A stretch of 64,000 nt of DNA from an uncultured delta proteobacterium (GCA_963848135.1 CAWKCK010000017.1:898538-962537); one strand, 5' to 3'. Shown: positions 1-9,752, counted from the stretch's first letter. Translations and numbers: made by a program. Notes: generated from the sequence alone by a model not told the origin.

Positions 1-45
1 TTCCGTAACTTTTCCGCAGGAACATTCGAATTCATAGACCGGCAT
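1..45 (-). CDS. FmdB-family (CxxC_CxxC_SSSS) zinc-ribbon protein; only the first 15 codons are present and the gene runs off the left edge
   Basis: The reverse strand reads ATG CCG GTC TAT GAA TTC GAA TGT TCC TGC GGA AAA GTT ACG GAA, giving MPVYEFECSCGKVTE. This is the typical MPxYE[YF]xCxxCG start of this family. An AGGGGG Shine-Dalgarno-like run lies 7 nt upstream. The fragment is too short for the ORF track. Confidence 0.5.
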   Translation of the reverse strand, partial: MPVYEFECSCGKVTE

Positions 46-102
46 GAACATACCCCCTTGCGATTGCAAACCTTATATAATTTTTTTATCACAAACGACC
101 AG

Positions 103-130
103 ATTTTAGCCATTTTATACAAGATGTCAA
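103..130 (-). promoter_or_regulatory. Candidate sigma70-type promoter for the FmdB-like gene
   Basis: The reverse strand reads TTGACA (125-130), a 16-nt spacer, then TAAAAT (103-108). This lies about 55 nt upstream of the ATG at 45. The call rests on motif match only. Confidence 0.3.
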
Positions 131-418
131 GAGAAAATGACCCGTCCATGTCCCGCACCACCGGCAATAAACGTCGCGCATGTGAACTGAAAATCAGGCG
201 AAGTGTTTTTCGATATTCGTTCCGAACCCGTGAGCGATTCAGAACCGCTGTGCTGATTTTGTGGGGTTGCTTTGCTGCGATTGCGCTATATATTGAGCTG
301 TTAAAATGAGTAGGCAGTTAAATTAGATACCGGGGACGCCGCTGTCCGGCCGCGGATTAGGCGCACGTTCAACTGCCGGGACCGCTGGACAACTGGATCT
401 TCAATCAGGGAGGAAAAA

Positions 419-1867
419 ATGAGTCTGCCAATAAAGGTATCGCTTAATTTCAGGGCTGCTGTCGTCTTTGTCGCCATCGGTTTTCTGGCTGCATTTCAGC
501 CGCACGGTGTTTGGGCCTCCAAAGACGTACCGCCGCCAATGGTGCCCGCAAACTTCAGCCAGCTGGCTAAAATCGCCAAACCCGGTGTGGTCAACATCCG
601 AACCGTCAAAACAATCCAGGGTGGCGGACGTGTATTTCGGCATTTCTTCGGAAATCCGTTTGGTGGTCGCGAGCGTGACCCGTTCAGGGACTTCTTCGGT
701 CCGAACGACAACGGACCATCACGCGAGTTCAAACAACGCAGTCTCGGTTCGGGTTTCATTATCGATGGGGACGGCTACATCGTGACAAACAACCACGTCA
801 TTGAAGATGCCGACCAGATAAAGGTGCGACTGGTAACTGACAAAGAATATGACGCCACGGTCGTGGGAAGAGACCCAAAAACCGATCTGGCCCTTATTAA
901 AATCGAAGGCGCAGTCGATCTTACCCCATTGCCGATGGGGGATTCAGACATCCAAAATGTCGGGTCCTGGGTTGTGGCCATCGGCAGCCCTTTTGGACTG
1001 GAACAAACCGTTACCGCCGGAATTATCAGCGCCAAGGGGCGCATATTGGGTTCGGGCCCATACGACGATTTTATCCAGACCGATGCGTCCATCAATCCGG
1101 GTAACAGCGGCGGACCACTCATAAATATGGAGGGCGAGGTGATCGGAATCAACACGGCCATCGTTGCCAGTGGTCAAGGCATCGGTTTTGCCATACCGAT
1201 TAACATGGCCAAGGATATCGTTACCCAGCTGAAGTCCACGGGCGAGGTCACCCGCGGTTGGTTGGGTGTCGGTATCCAGGACCTGACCCCCGAACTCTCG
1301 GAATACTATAAACTCGGGGATCGATCCGGGGTACTGGTGACGCATGTTTTTAAAGGAGATCCGGCCGATAAAGCCGGCATCAAGGTCAACGATCTTATCG
1401 TTTCTGTCGACGGGGAACCCGTTTCCAGCAGCCGAGACCTGTCGAGACGTATCGCCGGCCTGGGGGTGGGAAAAAGTGCAGGTATCATCGTTGTCAGAAA
1501 CGGCAAAGAGAGAACCGTCACCATAAAAACGACCAAACGGGAAGACCAGGAATTGCAGGCCCAGACCAAGACCGAGAGCGAAGACAAGCTGGGGTTAAGC
1601 GTCCAGACCCTGGAGCCCGATATGGCCGCGCGTTTGGGATATGATGAAAACGAAAAAGGCGTCTTGGTAACAGGCATTCAGGGAGACAGCAAAGCGGAAA
1701 AATCCGGCGTCCAGGAGGGAGATTTGATTAAAGAAGTCAACCGCTCACCGGTGACTGACGCGGCTGATTTTCGCAAGGAATTGGACAAAGTGAAAAAAGG
1801 TGATCCGGTTATGCTGTTAATAAAGAGGGGAACCGCAGGCTTCATTGTGATTAAAATGACCCGATAG
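419..1867 (+). CDS. htrA: Periplasmic serine endoprotease, HtrA/DegP/DegQ family, with two PDZ domains
   Basis: 482 aa. The N-terminus is a signal or anchor (AAVVFVAIGFLAAF). The catalytic triad contexts are TNNHVI, DLALIKI and GNSGGPL. Two PDZ-like repeats follow. A GGGAGG SD lies 6 nt upstream. Confidence 0.9.
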   Translation: MSLPIKVSLNFRAAVVFVAIGFLAAFQPHGVWASKDVPPPMVPANFSQLAKIAKPGVVNIRTVKTIQGGGRVFRHFFGNPFGGRERDPFRDFFGPNDNGPSREFKQRSLGSGFIIDGDGYIVTNNHVIEDADQIKVRLVTDKEYDATVVGRDPKTDLALIKIEGAVDLTPLPMGDSDIQNVGSWVVAIGSPFGLEQTVTAGIISAKGRILGSGPYDDFIQTDASINPGNSGGPLINMEGEVIGINTAIVASGQGIGFAIPINMAKDIVTQLKSTGEVTRGWLGVGIQDLTPELSEYYKLGDRSGVLVTHVFKGDPADKAGIKVNDLIVSVDGEPVSSSRDLSRRIAGLGVGKSAGIIVVRNGKERTVTIKTTKREDQELQAQTKTESEDKLGLSVQTLEPDMAARLGYDENEKGVLVTGIQGDSKAEKSGVQEGDLIKEVNRSPVTDAADFRKELDKVKKGDPVMLLIKRGTAGFIVIKMTR

Positions 1868-1952
1868 GCTTCAAATTTCGGCCATTTGACGCTGTTTCTA
1901 CAGCGCTCCCTGAAGAGCGTGAACAAGGGTCAGATTAGTTCCCACCAATAAC

Positions 1953-1992
1953 AAAAAACCGCCCATAGGCTCCGTGCCCGGGCGGTTTTTTG
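1953..1992. terminator. Bidirectional rho-independent terminator between convergent htrA and recD2
   Basis: AAAAAACCGCCC ... GGGCGGTTTTTT. The GC stem 1959-1964/1980-1985 has an inner GGC/GCC pairing. An A6 run precedes it and a T6 run follows it. Confidence 0.6.
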
Positions 1993-2235
1993 TTGTCAAT
2001 CAAAACTGAGATTAAATGATGTCACGACAGGTTCCAAACAGCACTTTTCATGACTATTCAATGATATAGGTCAAAGCCGGAGGAATGGCGTGTGAACTGC
2101 TCAAAGCAGGCTTTTAAAACGATTTCGGGCAACCATACGGTCATTGAATTATCACTGAGCTATTTGTGTATTCCTGGAACTGTCAACCTTTGGGCATCTC
2201 ACCAGCAAAGCTGGGGGTTTACCGACGATGATTAA

Positions 2236-4425
2236 TCAGTCACTGGCCAAGCGCGCCTCGAGACGTGTGAAACGCCGCTGGGGTTTTGAGTTCCCGACCG
2301 CTATGGCCAAAGCTTTTCGGGTGCCGACCATGACCACCAGTTTACGACCGCGCGTAATGGCCGTGTAGACCAGGTTACGCTGCAGCAGCAAGTAGTGTTG
2401 GGTAAGGATGGGCATGACCACCGCCGGGTACTCTGATCCTTGGGATTTGTGTACCGATACCGCGTAGGCCAAAACGATCTGGTCCAAATCTGAATACGAA
2501 TAGATCACATCCTGTTCGTCGAACCGGATGACCACTTCCTGGTCAACCGGATCGATGCGCCCGACCCGCCCAATATCACCGTTGAATACATCCTTGTCAT
2601 AGTTATTTCTGATCTGCATGACCTTGTCGTTGATCCGTAATTCCCGATCCCCCCGGATTATTCGTTCCGTTGCGGGATTGAGTTCTTCCTGCAAACGGAT
2701 ATTCAGATTGTCCGCGCCGACGATACCCCGATGCATGGGGGTGAGCACCTGAATGTCATCTATCGGATCAAGCTCGAAACGACGGGGGATTCTCTCCTTG
2801 GTCAACTCCAGAATGATATTCAGAACCTTCGCGGGGTCTTCCTGCTGAATAAAATAAAAGTCGGTCAATGACGGGCCTGCCGAAGATGTGTCCGACCATT
2901 CCGGTTGCTGCCCGTTATTGATCCGGTGAGCGTTGACGACAATGCGACTGTGCTTTGCCTGTCTGAAGATCTCATTCAGCGCCACCACTGTAACAGTCCC
3001 GGACCCAATGACATCTTTTAAAACGTTGCCGGCACCGACCGATGGCAATTGATTGACATCACCGACCAGGATCAGGGTTGTTCCCAAAGGAATCGCCTTG
3101 AGCAGGTGGTACATCAGCAGTGTGTCGACCATGGACGCTTCGTCGATAACCAGCAATTCACACGCCAGGGGCTTCTGCTCGTTTCGCTGGAACCCGCCCT
3201 TAAGCCGGTTGAATTCGAGCATACGGTGGATGGTGCGGGCATGGCATTTGCAGGTCTCGCTCATGCGTTTGGCTGCCCGTCCGGTGGGTGCAGCCAGAAG
3301 AACCCTGGCACCGATTCGGTTGAAAATCTGAAGGATGGCATTTATGATTGTCGTCTTGCCAGTGCCCGGTCCACCCGTAATCACCAGGACCTTGTCCGTC
3401 AGCGCCGCCGAAACGGCGCGGCGCTGGTCGTCGGCCAGATCGATGGTAAGCCTTCGCTGCACCCATTCCAGGGCATCGCTCACACGTATCTGACGCATGC
3501 TTTTAGAAGATGCTTTGAGGGTTTTCAACCGTTCGGCAATGCCTGTTTCACAAACGTGAAAGCGTGTCAGATAGACGCACGTATCGCGCCCCTCGATCTC
3601 TCTTTGACCCGGTGTCAAGTCCTCGATAACGATCCGACCCTTGATGGTCAGGCTCGCCAGAGCTTTCTCAACGAGCTCCGGCGCGACCTTAAGAACTTCA
3701 CTGCATTCGGCCTTGAGGCTCCCGTATGGCGCAAACACGTGACCTTCTCCGGTCATGAGCTCCAGAACATAGAGGACACCGGCAGCCACTCGCAGATCCG
3801 AATCGGCCGGGAAATCGAGCAGCGCCGCGATCCGGTCGGCAATTTTAAACCCGATGCCGGAAATGTCAGTCGCCAGGCGAAAAGGGTTCTGCTTTACGAC
3901 AGCGACCGATCGGTTGCCGTATTGTCGGAATATTTTGGTCGCGTACCCGGTACTCACCCCGTGAGACTGCAAAAAAATCATCACATCCCGAATGTCTTTC
4001 TGCTCATCCCAGGCACTTTTGATCATGGCAACGCGTTTCGCACCGATACCGTTGACTTGGGCCAGCTTGTCGATATCCTTCTCAATGACGTTCAGGGTCT
4101 CGCGACCAAACTTTTTAACGATCCGTTTGGCCATAACCGGTCCGAGCCCCTTAATCATCCCCGAGCCTAAATAGATCCGAATGCCGTGTGCCGTGGCGGG
4201 AACGGAGGTTTCGTATTCGTCCACCTTAAACTGATTGCCGTATTGAGGATGCCGCGTCCATTCTCCCGTCATCCGGAGGACTTCGCCCGGCGTCGGGGCA
4301 ATCAAATTGGCCACGATGGTAATAGGATCCTGTCGGCCGGAAACTCTCACCTTTGCAATCGTATAGCCGTTCTCTTCGTTGGTATAGGTGATGTTCTCTA
4401 TCTGACCGACAAGTTTTTCTGGCAT
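2236..4425 (-). CDS. recD2: RecD2-type SF1 DNA helicase (RecD/TraA family)
   Basis: Walker A motif GGPGTGKTT, Walker B motif LLVIDEASMV, and C-terminal motifs VSVHKSQGSEY and TAITRG. The ORF track starts at 4515. The ATG at 4425 (MPEKLVGQIENITY...) matches the usual family N-terminus and removes the overlap with the upstream gene. Confidence 0.85.
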   Translation of the reverse strand: MPEKLVGQIENITYTNEENGYTIAKVRVSGRQDPITIVANLIAPTPGEVLRMTGEWTRHPQYGNQFKVDEYETSVPATAHGIRIYLGSGMIKGLGPVMAKRIVKKFGRETLNVIEKDIDKLAQVNGIGAKRVAMIKSAWDEQKDIRDVMIFLQSHGVSTGYATKIFRQYGNRSVAVVKQNPFRLATDISGIGFKIADRIAALLDFPADSDLRVAAGVLYVLELMTGEGHVFAPYGSLKAECSEVLKVAPELVEKALASLTIKGRIVIEDLTPGQREIEGRDTCVYLTRFHVCETGIAERLKTLKASSKSMRQIRVSDALEWVQRRLTIDLADDQRRAVSAALTDKVLVITGGPGTGKTTIINAILQIFNRIGARVLLAAPTGRAAKRMSETCKCHARTIHRMLEFNRLKGGFQRNEQKPLACELLVIDEASMVDTLLMYHLLKAIPLGTTLILVGDVNQLPSVGAGNVLKDVIGSGTVTVVALNEIFRQAKHSRIVVNAHRINNGQQPEWSDTSSAGPSLTDFYFIQQEDPAKVLNIILELTKERIPRRFELDPIDDIQVLTPMHRGIVGADNLNIRLQEELNPATERIIRGDRELRINDKVMQIRNNYDKDVFNGDIGRVGRIDPVDQEVVIRFDEQDVIYSYSDLDQIVLAYAVSVHKSQGSEYPAVVMPILTQHYLLLQRNLVYTAITRGRKLVVMVGTRKALAIAVGNSKPQRRFTRLEARLASD

Positions 4426-4471
4426 GGTATCTCTGGCAACGTTCAGCTGAAAGGAAACGTCTGTTGCCCCG

Positions 4472-4882
4472 TCACTCCCAATCCGGAAACCTGACCGGTG
4501 TGTCATCGGGGTCAAAAGGAAAAAAGGCTTTTATATCGATAACAGGCGATCCATCGAATGCGTCGATTTCATCGATGTCGATACCGGAAGCGGTGACAGC
4601 CGTAATTCTGCACCGCGAAAGGGCGATGGGGTTAGGCCGGCGGGGAGAATGGGTCGCAAAAACGCCTGTCAGTGGATTGGCAGGGTTTTTACGCGGATGG
4701 ACCTGCAGCGTTTGGCGCCTTTCGGGCGAATCGTTGAGATGCAACCAGTAAAGCACCTGGACGTGGGAGAAATTTTTCAACCCCAACAATGCCCCTGTGT
4801 ACTCTGGATATATTTCAATCCGAACATCGTTTTCGCGATTGTGAATTATTCCCACCGGTAAGATGTAATAAGGGTCAATCAT
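4472..4882 (-). CDS. TsaA/TrmO-like (YaeB, UPF0066) domain protein, putative tRNA methyltransferase
   Basis: 136 aa with family hallmarks FSHVQVLYW, GVFATHSPRRPNPI and DGSPVIDIK. Confidence 0.75.
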   Translation of the reverse strand: MIDPYYILPVGIIHNRENDVRIEIYPEYTGALLGLKNFSHVQVLYWLHLNDSPERRQTLQVHPRKNPANPLTGVFATHSPRRPNPIALSRCRITAVTASGIDIDEIDAFDGSPVIDIKAFFPFDPDDTPVRFPDWE

Positions 4883-5033
4883 CAGTAATAACCTGCAAGT
4901 TCATGGGGTGATTGGCAAGGCCCTCATCGACGTAAGCGCGGGGATGTTCGATCCCCCGCGCTGCCTTCCCACTATACATTGCCGAAGTGCGCCTTTTAGT
5001 CACTTTCAGAAAAGGATAGAGGTCAGGTTCGGG

Positions 5034-6989
5034 TTAATCCTCCTGAAGCTCCGGCAAATCCTTGTAATAATTGAGCGCTTCCGGGTTGCTCAAAGCGTCA
5101 CGGTTGAGCACCGGCTTGCCTTCGATCATTTTTTTCACTGCCAATTCCACTTTTTTCATGTTCAAAGTGTATGGAACGGCTGGAATGTTGATAATTTTAC
5201 TCGGTACGTGGCGGGGTGAGGCATTTTCCCGGATCAATTTGCGAATTTTATTCTGCAACGCTTCGGTAAGTTGGCTGTTAGGCGCCATTTTAACGAACAG
5301 GACAATCCGCACGTCACTCTTCCAATCCTGTCCTACGACGACACTGTCTTCGATTTCATCGACCTGTTCCAGCAGACGATAGATGTCGGCTGTACCGATC
5401 CTCACCCCACCAGGATTCAACGTCGCGTCCGACCGACCGTATATGACCACTCCCCCGCGCGCGTTGATCTCAATGAAGTCGCCGTGGCGCCAGACGTTTG
5501 GATAAACATCGAAATAAGCCTTGTGATATTTGGTGCCGTCCGGATCGTCCCAGAAATAGATCGGCATGGACGGAAATGGCCGAGTGCAGACCAGCTCACC
5601 CTGCTGGCCGACAACCGATCGGCCGCTATCGTCAAATGCCTCGACCTTCATTGCCAGCCCCCGGCACTGCAACTCACCGGCATATACAGGGGCCATGGGG
5701 TTACCTAAAGCAAAGCACCCGTTGAGATCCGTCCCGCCGGAAATGGATGCCAACTGGAGATCGGATTTGACCTCCTGGTAGATGAAATCGAACCCTTCGA
5801 TGGACAAGGGGGACCCGGTGGACAACAGCGCCCGCAATGGCGCAAGGTCATACGTTTTGCCGGGCTTGACTCCCGCGTTCTGAAGAGCGGCAATATAACC
5901 GGCGCTGGTCCCGAAAACCGTGACCTTTTCGTCCTGCGCCATCTCCCACAGGGCACCGGGCTGGGGATGAAAGGGGTTCCCGTCGAATAGTACCAGGGTC
6001 GCCCCCACGGCCAGAGAACTGGCCAACCAGTTCCACATCATCCAGCCGCAGGTGGTAAAGTAAAAGATCGTGTCCTGTCTTTTCAGATCGGTGTGCAGCA
6101 TCAGCTCCTTCAGGTGATGGATCAGAATACCGCCGGCACTTTGAACCATGCACTTGGGCAGACCGGTGGTTCCGGACGAGTACATGATGTAGAGGGGATG
6201 GTCGAAGGGCAGTTGGGCGAACGCGATATCGAGATCGGATTCGGGAGCGATGTAATCATGATATAGAATCGCTTTGGGCACGTCAGCGATGTTGGGTGCC
6301 TGATGTGTATAGGGCACTACGACAACCTTTTCTATCGAGGGCAATTCTTTCAGGATGTCGGCAATCCGCTCCAGTGAATTTATCTTCTTACCCTTGAAGG
6401 AATACCCATTGGCCGTAAAAAGAACCTTGGGCCGGATCTGACCGAACCGGTCGAGCACGCCTTTGATGCCGAAATCCGGGGAGCAGGAAGACCAGACGGC
6501 GCCGGTGCTCACGGCGGCCAACATGGCAATGATGGCTTGGGGCATGTTGGGCATAAATCCCACGACACGGTCACCGGGCTGCACGCCCGTTTTCTTCAGC
6601 GCTTCCGTCAGCCGGGCAACCTCGTGATAGAGTTCGGCATATGTCAGGTAGGTGGTTGTCTGGTCTTCACCCTTGAAAACGATGGCCACCTGGTCGTCGC
6701 GGAAACGCAAAAGGTTCTCGGCAAAATTGAGCCGGGCCCCGGTAAACCACTTGGCCCCCGGCATTGTGTTCAGATCGTCGATCACTTCCTGGTAAGGCGC
6801 GGAAGCGATAATACCGCTAAAGTCCCACATGGTGGTCCAGAAATCGGAGATATTATCAACCGACCACCGGTAGAGCGAATCGTATTCGGTGAAATGCTGA
6901 CCGAAGCGTGCGTTGACCTGTTTCATGAAACGATACATGTTGGTGGTTTTGACTTTTTCCGCCGCTGGCTTCCACAAGAGTTTTCCCAT
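5034..6989 (-). CDS. aacS: Acetoacetate-CoA ligase (acetoacetyl-CoA synthetase)
   Basis: 651 aa. The N-terminus (LWKPAAEKVKTTNMYRFMKQVN...YDSLYRWSV) is characteristic of this family. The AMP-binding motif is YSSGTTGLPK. The length fits the family. Confidence 0.85.
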   Translation of the reverse strand: MGKLLWKPAAEKVKTTNMYRFMKQVNARFGQHFTEYDSLYRWSVDNISDFWTTMWDFSGIIASAPYQEVIDDLNTMPGAKWFTGARLNFAENLLRFRDDQVAIVFKGEDQTTTYLTYAELYHEVARLTEALKKTGVQPGDRVVGFMPNMPQAIIAMLAAVSTGAVWSSCSPDFGIKGVLDRFGQIRPKVLFTANGYSFKGKKINSLERIADILKELPSIEKVVVVPYTHQAPNIADVPKAILYHDYIAPESDLDIAFAQLPFDHPLYIMYSSGTTGLPKCMVQSAGGILIHHLKELMLHTDLKRQDTIFYFTTCGWMMWNWLASSLAVGATLVLFDGNPFHPQPGALWEMAQDEKVTVFGTSAGYIAALQNAGVKPGKTYDLAPLRALLSTGSPLSIEGFDFIYQEVKSDLQLASISGGTDLNGCFALGNPMAPVYAGELQCRGLAMKVEAFDDSGRSVVGQQGELVCTRPFPSMPIYFWDDPDGTKYHKAYFDVYPNVWRHGDFIEINARGGVVIYGRSDATLNPGGVRIGTADIYRLLEQVDEIEDSVVVGQDWKSDVRIVLFVKMAPNSQLTEALQNKIRKLIRENASPRHVPSKIINIPAVPYTLNMKKVELAVKKMIEGKPVLNRDALSNPEALNYYKDLPELQED

Positions 6990-7392
6990 GAACCGCTTCC
7001 TTTCCTTTTAAACCGTTCGAATAATGTTTCAATCAGGCACGAAATCCCGCATTTTTTACGGGAGCCGCACCCAAGGATTGCCTCGAGGCGCACTGAACGT
7101 ATGCTGCAGCTGGAAGGCGATGGATAAGAGGGCTCAGCCAGGAAAAGTCATTTTATGGTTGGGCACCAGTTATCATCGTCTCCTTATTACATGGTGCCTG
7201 TGGTGCTCGTCAAGGCGCACTTTCCCTGGTTTATGGCGTGAATCTCCACCCGCCTGTCACGTGGCATCATGTTGCCGCTTTGTAAGGGGCAAGATTGAGA
7301 TCCCAAACGGCTTAAAGTGGAAGAAATAAACGCGAAATTCGAATTTATTCGGGCTCTCAGAAATTCCCCGGATCAGTTGAATCCTTCTGGTT

Positions 7393-7420
7393 CCTCCCCC
7401 CAAGGGGGAGGGTTTATTGC
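7393..7420 (+). terminator. Orphan terminator-like hairpin in the aacS/ltaE divergent spacer
   Basis: CCTCCCCC-CAA-GGGGGAGG (8-9 bp GC stem, 7393-7411) is followed by GTTTATT, and a T8 run lies 13 nt further on. No annotated plus-strand gene ends here. Confidence 0.35.
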
Positions 7421-7635
7421 GCGATTTTTTTTGCGCAGCAATCTTCATCTTGACATGCCTTCCGGAGATCCCGGACGAAAAGGCTTGCCGGTAAGGAAAA
7501 TATTTCTTAAAGATAGCGCCTGAGGTACTATCCGGAAGATTTTAACCTTTTTGGTTGCCCTATTGATATATCATGAAACTTTCGGGCTGAGTTCAAAACG
7601 CTTTCAAACCACGATATCCAATGAGGAAAAAACGC

Positions 7636-8682
7636 ATGGATAACCGAATTGTCGATCTGCGTTCTGATACGATCACACAACCGACCGCTTCGATGCGCAA
7701 GGCAATGGCGGCAGCCGAAGTCGGTGACGATGTCTTCGGAGAAGATCCGACGGTCAACCGTCTGGAGGAAATGGCCGCTGAGAGGCTCGGTAAGGAAGCG
7801 GGACTTTACGTGACCAGCGGAACAATGGCCAACCTGGTCTGCCAGCTGACCCACTGCGGCCGGGGGGATGAAATGATACTGGGTGATCAGGCCCACATTT
7901 TTTTCTACGAACAGGGGGGGGCCTCGGCCGTGGGAAGCATCCACCCCAGGACCGTTCCCAATCAACCCGATGGAAAGCTTCTGTTGGAGGATATCGAAGC
8001 GGCCGTTCGCCCGGAAAACGTCCACTTCCCAATTACGCGGCTGGTGGTCCTCGAAAACACCCATAACCGCTGCAACGGCGCTCCCTTAGGTAGCGATTAT
8101 CTTCAATCGGTCCGGCGCCTGGCCGCCAAGTTCGGTCTGAGGATCCATATTGACGGTGCCCGACTCTTCAATGCGGCCGTTGCACTCGATGTTCCGGCGG
8201 CCGAATTGGCTGATGCGGCCGACTCGGTCAGTATCTGCCTCAGTAAGGGACTGGCAGCCCCGGTGGGCTCGGTGGTCTGTGGAACCCGATCTTTTGTGGA
8301 CAGAGCCAGAAGGGCCCGTAAGGTCCTGGGCGGCGGTATGCGCCAGGCCGGTGTCCTGGCCGCGGCAGGAATCGTCGCCCTGACGGAGATGACCGCAAGG
8401 CTTGCCGAAGATCATGCCAATGCCCGACGTCTGGCTCAAGGCTTGGCTGAGTTCAAAGGCCTGTCCATCGACCCCGAAGATGTAAAAACGAACATTGTCT
8501 TTTTTGAAACCAAGGCCGATGATTATACAGCGGAACTTCTGGCCGGGGACCTTAGCGCTGCAGGCGTGCGAGTACTTCCCACCGGAAAAAGCCGCCTTCG
8601 GGCCGTCACCCATTATCACATAACGGCTGAAGATATTGAGCATGCTTTGGGGGTGATTAATAACGTACTGAAAAAACGATAG
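7636..8682 (+). CDS. ltaE: Low-specificity L-threonine aldolase (PLP-dependent)
   Basis: Family motifs [18 protein letters not shown] and the PLP-lysine context [14 protein letters not shown]. The ORF opens at 7621. The ATG at 7636 has a GAGGA SD 8 nt upstream and gives the usual family N-terminus. Confidence 0.85.
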   Translation: MDNRIVDLRSDTITQPTASMRKAMAAAEVGDDVFGEDPTVNRLEEMAAERLGKEAGLYVTSGTMANLVCQLTHCGRGDEMILGDQAHIFFYEQGGASAVGSIHPRTVPNQPDGKLLLEDIEAAVRPENVHFPITRLVVLENTHNRCNGAPLGSDYLQSVRRLAAKFGLRIHIDGARLFNAAVALDVPAAELADAADSVSICLSKGLAAPVGSVVCGTRSFVDRARRARKVLGGGMRQAGVLAAAGIVALTEMTARLAEDHANARRLAQGLAEFKGLSIDPEDVKTNIVFFETKADDYTAELLAGDLSAAGVRVLPTGKSRLRAVTHYHITAEDIEHALGVINNVLKKR

Positions 8683-8789
8683 CCTGAATTGTTGCATCAA
8701 ATTCCGTGGCTATGTTGCATGAATTTTGCATACTTGGTACCGGGGATACCGGATTCACACCGACTCACCGATTCACACGAAGAAGTATG

Positions 8790-8815
8790 AAACGGGGCTT
8801 TGATCCCCCCGTTTT
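8790..8815 (+). terminator. Rho-independent terminator downstream of ltaE
   Basis: AAACGGGG-loop-CCCCGTTTT, a stem followed by a T4 tail, about 107 nt after the ltaE stop. Confidence 0.55.
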
Positions 8816-9140
8816 ACTTGTCTTAACTGCCGACAGTCAATGTTGTCCTGAAATTTTCCGGCACCACACAAACTAAAATCTTCGCTTGATTGCAGCATTT
8901 ATTCCATCTGAAAAATTTTAGATCACGAATGAAAAAACAGGTTGTTGTTTAATGCCTTTTATACTGCGCCTCTCTGTGATATGATAATAAAAATGTGTAG
9001 TAATTTGTCCGTAGTTGTATTATGGAGTAGTAGCTAACTGAAGCATTATTTACCTATCGTTGAAATGATTTCAGATCTTAATAAAAAACCGATCCACCGT
9101 CTGTCTCTATAGCAATCAAAATTTTGAAAGACCTTAACAT

Positions 9141-9335
9141 ATGGATACCATCGTGCATGATCAAGGCGGTAGACGATTGGGGTATGAGAGACGTAAATTA
9201 ACTTATTTTCTTCATATTCCCGAAAGAAGATCAAACCATGACCGCCGATCGGGTAACGATCGAAGAAGCGAATCTGCAATTAGAAGAACGGACGCTAACG
9301 AGCGCCGAAGAATATTTAAACAGAAAAAAGTATAA
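9141..9335 (+). CDS. Hypothetical 64-aa arginine-rich protein with repeated [DE]RR motifs
   Basis: The ORF sits in an AT-rich spacer. Its product contains ERRK, PERRS, DRRSGNDRRSE and ERRR. There is no convincing SD, and an equally weak reverse ORF overlaps it. Confidence 0.25.
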   Translation: MDTIVHDQGGRRLGYERRKLTYFLHIPERRSNHDRRSGNDRRSESAIRRTDANERRRIFKQKKV

Positions 9336-9439
9336 AGGCCCACCTTGCCATTTCCATTGCTCTTTTTAGCGTTTCGAAAAAAGATAGATTACTCGCCCGC
9401 CAAGCACTCGCCAACGTTGATCGTTCTGTTATATTTAAA

Positions 9440-9469
9440 TTGACAATTGTGAAAAGTTTGTCATATAAA
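9440..9469 (+). promoter_or_regulatory. Candidate sigma70 promoter with an overlapping inverted repeat
   Basis: TTGACA (9440-9445), an 18-nt spacer, then TATAAA(T) (9464-9469). The inverted repeat TGACAA...TTGTCA spans the spacer and could be an operator. The element lies about 45 nt upstream of the 78-aa ORF. Confidence 0.35.
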
Positions 9470-9515
9470 TGGGAAAAACATTTCACATGTATATCGATAG
9501 TGTCGGAGCCTCAGA

Positions 9516-9752
9516 ATGAAACCGAAGCTGGTCAGTTTGGATACACTAAGAAAACTATTCGGGGACAACCCACCCGATCGTCCGGTTATTATTCGCAAGA
9601 CCTGCAGTGAATGTGGGCAAGATGTTGAAATTGAACTCCATAAGACTTCCGGGGGCTTTGGCTTACAGGGTGGTATTTTGCTTGAGAGGCATGGACAAAT
9701 CGACGCAAATTGCCTAAAATGTTATGACAAACTTACGGTCGCACTTGTTTAA
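9516..9752 (+). CDS. Hypothetical small zinc-ribbon protein (two CxxC pairs)
   Basis: 78 aa with CSEC and CLKC pairs about 40 residues apart. A GGAG lies 9 nt upstream of the ATG, and the consensus-like promoter above precedes it. Confidence 0.45.
   Translation: MKPKLVSLDTLRKLFGDNPPDRPVIIRKTCSECGQDVEIELHKTSGGFGLQGGILLERHGQIDANCLKCYDKLTVALV

Noticed and set aside
58-309. 83-aa plus-strand ORF at the left end
   Set aside because: It has no SD and an odd composition. It overlaps the promoter and 5' region of the reverse-strand FmdB-like gene. The region is more plausibly non-coding upstream sequence shared with htrA.
3049-4170. 373-aa ORF antisense to recD2
   Set aside because: It is embedded in the helicase gene, has no motifs, and its composition is typical of a shadow ORF.
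7262-7276. Sigma54-like TGGCAT-N-TTGC element
   Set aside because: The GG-to-GC spacing is one nucleotide shorter than the strict -24/-12 geometry, and it points away from aacS. I treat it as a chance match.
7024-7329. 101-aa ORF in the aacS/ltaE spacer
   Set aside because: The product is rich in Cys, Trp and Arg and looks like nonsense. There is no SD. The region is better explained as regulatory or RNA-coding sequence.
7130-7620. Possible glycine or amino-acid riboswitch in front of threonine aldolase
   Set aside because: I could not find the conserved glycine-riboswitch cores (GGAGAG...CACCGAAGGGGCAA-type) or any other riboswitch core I recognise. Only the generic hairpin is reported.
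9046-9279. 77-aa reverse ORF overlapping the Arg-rich ORF
   Set aside because: TTG start, no SD, no motif, and it lies in AT-rich DNA where random ORFs are stop-rich in most frames but not all. It is less credible than even the weak plus-strand ORF.
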